A DNA stretch of 64,000 nt from assembly GCF_009834535.1 (NCBI RefSeq), contig NC_045713.1:34534001-34598000 (forward strand). The letters are read 5' to 3'. Below are positions 61,791 to 64,000 of this stretch, piece after piece (the first letter of the stretch is position 1; every line of letters begins with the position of its first letter). This DNA comes from Camelus ferus (lineage: Eukaryota). A model generated the notes under the pieces. The model was not told the DNA's origin. It saw only the letters and a list, made by a program, of their open reading frames with translations, and did no database searches. The translations under genes and the position numbers were made by a program.

Positions 61791-63233
61791 GTGAAAATTC
61801 TAGAAGGATTTTCCCTTGAACCCTTTGCTTCTAAGGTCCATCTAGGGAACCTGTAACCCCCAACTGGACACAAAGCCGTCTGGTACCTTCTCTTGACTGT
61901 ATACGGTAATTAAGTGATTAAAACTCAGAGGAGAGTTGTAACTAGAGGTAATACACTAGGACCTAAAGAATGCCTCAGATGCATTCCCTTGGCCCAGAGG
62001 TATTTTTATTTCTTATTTAAATGAGGTGAGCATTAAAAATATTAGGAGGTTCACACAAAAATATGGATTTCTCATTCGTCTTGAAAAATTAGGAGATGTG
62101 ATTGGCAACTCCAAGTCTACACTCTCAAGGGCAAGGATGTGCTGGAGTTAGGCACCAGGGCCCTGGGGGTTCCAGGTCCACACGGTCAGCCCACCCTGCG
62201 CTGAGGACACATGCTTCCTGCCTGGCCCTGGAGGGCATTTGAATTTGAGGACCCATAATAAAATACTGACATCCTTATTTCTGCATGGTGGCTCACAAGC
62301 AAACTTTTACTTTCTTGTTCTCTCAATCTGCCATTTTGAAATTTTCCGCAATCAACAAGTGTTATTTTATAATAAGAAAAAAAATCAATAAACATTTTAG
62401 ACTAGAAAAACACAATTTGCATGAAATGCCCAGAAAAAGTGGAACTCTTGAATTAAGTTTTCACTTGCTGTTTCCCCAGATAGCCCGGGGGCAGGAATTC
62501 ACTCTCTTTTGCCTTTTGGGATAAGGGTCCTTTGTCCTGATTTATTTGCAGGCCTATATTCATAAATATATTGGCTTTGCCCACAGCGAGGCACAATGGT
62601 TCCATTATAATAAAAAATGAGATAGAAGCCAGAGGAGCCGAGGCCCGAGGCAACTTGATGGCTCGCTTAATCCCAAACCAAATGCCAGGAGGAACTCTCA
62701 ACAACCGTAAATCCACTGGAGGTGTCTTTTGAAATTTCATATCAGATTATTTACCAAATAAATTCTATGACGTCTGGGATTAAAACTACTCTTGAAGAGA
62801 ATTCTCCTCCTAAGTGTCGGGCACTGTGCTGTCTACTGGGGACACGTACTGTGGTTCCTCAGGCAGGGACTCCGCTGCCCTGACTAGCAGGAGAGAAAGT
62901 CAAGCCACCGATGACCCGGACCCAAGGCGCTGCTGCTACGCGCAACGGGAGTGCTGGAGGCAAGTCTGCTTCCGGCTTTGGAGAGGCGTGGGGTGGGCAA
63001 GCGGGGGCGGGGCGGGGGGGGCTCTGAATAAGCATCACAGGGGATGTGGCACTTGAGATGACCCTTGGCGCTTGGGAAAAGGTAGACTGTGCAGGGACAG
63101 CAGGGGCGGTCCGCAAAGGAGGCGATGGAAGAGGAAGTGATGACTAGTTCACAGAATCAGGGACGGAGCGTGGAGCTCACATAGTCAGTTCCCCACTGGC
63201 TGTTTCTGGCAGCTTAACTAATAATGGCAACTA

Positions 63234-63426
63234 TAAAATGGAAAAGAAACTGAAAAAATATATACACACACACATATATATATATATATATATGTACAAC
63301 TGAATCGCTTTGCTGTGTGCAGAAAACTAACATTGTAAATCAACTACACTTCAATAAAAAATAAGGATAAAAATACCAAAAAAAAAAAACAAACCCATAA
63401 CAAACAAAAAAATCAACAACAAAAAA
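63234..63426 (+). mobile_element. Very short 5'-truncated L1 3' end with (TA)n expansion
   Basis: aactgaatcgctttgctgtg...aatcaactacacttcaataaaa with A-rich tail. Perfect 15-bp TSD TAATAATGGCAACTA (63219-63233 and 63427-63441). Confidence 0.9.
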
Positions 63427-63441
63427 TAATAATGGCAACTA

Positions 63442-63690
63442 AGATACCAACGATGGCAGGGACATTTACTGAGCACTTCATATGTGAAATACTAATAAGA
63501 CACAACTCATAAGGCAGTTTTGGAGGAGTACCCTCTTTAAACCTCACAACACCATATGCTGTTAGACTTATCATTATTCCCATTTTCCAGATGAGGAAGC
63601 TGAGGCTCAGAGAGATTAACGACTTGCCCAAGGTCAACAGCTGGTAAGTAGAGTGCAGTTCAAAGTGCAGGTCCTGAGTTCAAACACGGG
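63442..63690 (-). mobile_element. MIR SINE
   Basis: catttactgagcac...cccattttccagatgaggaagctgaggctcagagagattaacgacttgcccaagg. Confidence 0.75.
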
Positions 63691-64000
63691 TCTCCCTTTA
63701 AACTAAATCAGGCCTTGCAGGGAGAGGAGAGAGAAGACTGAGGCCACGAGGAAATAGGGGAAAAATGGTTGCAGCCCTGCGGAAATCCAGCTGGGGCCTC
63801 AGACAAGAAACTTCTCCATGTTTTCAGAGTTTTATGGAACAAAATCGTTCCTTTCTTTCCCTTCTTCCGTTCCTGAGAAGAGGGAAGAGCAGGCAGGAGG
63901 GAACATACATACAGAAGGCTCAGTGGAGAGAGACTACTGTTAATAAAAAAATTTTTTTTTCTGCTTTATTGTTAAAAGAGGAAGGTGCCAGGAAGAGGAG

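Overview
This is mammalian genomic DNA, most likely from a camelid. The evidence is a tRNA-Ala-derived vic-1-type SINE, cetartiodactyl-type L1 3' ends, and no Alu, Bov-tA/CHR or PRE SINEs seen. The right third holds the 3' end of XYLT1 (xylosyltransferase 1) on the minus strand. Three intact coding exons (58650-58845, 52702-53035, 46870-47192; human exons 10-12, about residues 676-959) have canonical GT-AG sites, and a ~6.2 kb 3'UTR probably ends near 40650. The upstream exons lie beyond the window. The left ~40 kb is repeat-rich intergenic DNA (MIR, L2, L1, MLT1/MLT2/LTR16, ERV1 solo LTRs, hAT and Tigger elements) with four short N gaps and a decayed, intronless CDK11 retro-pseudogene (~19610-21390). 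I found no new protein-coding system. The best leads are a near-canonical SOX9-type dimer site downstream of this cartilage gene, a perfect 21-bp palindrome centred on AP-1, a tight miRNA-site cluster near the distal poly(A) site, and an Asp-to-Glu change in the XT-I 745-DWD-747 motif. Also notable are an ancient L1 remnant that appears to have gained GC/CpG and several readable retrotransposition events (a twin-primed L1, a SINE with an apparent 3' transduction, a triply nested LTR). Repeat family names come from recalled consensus sequences, and repeat boundaries are approximate unless target-site duplications are given.
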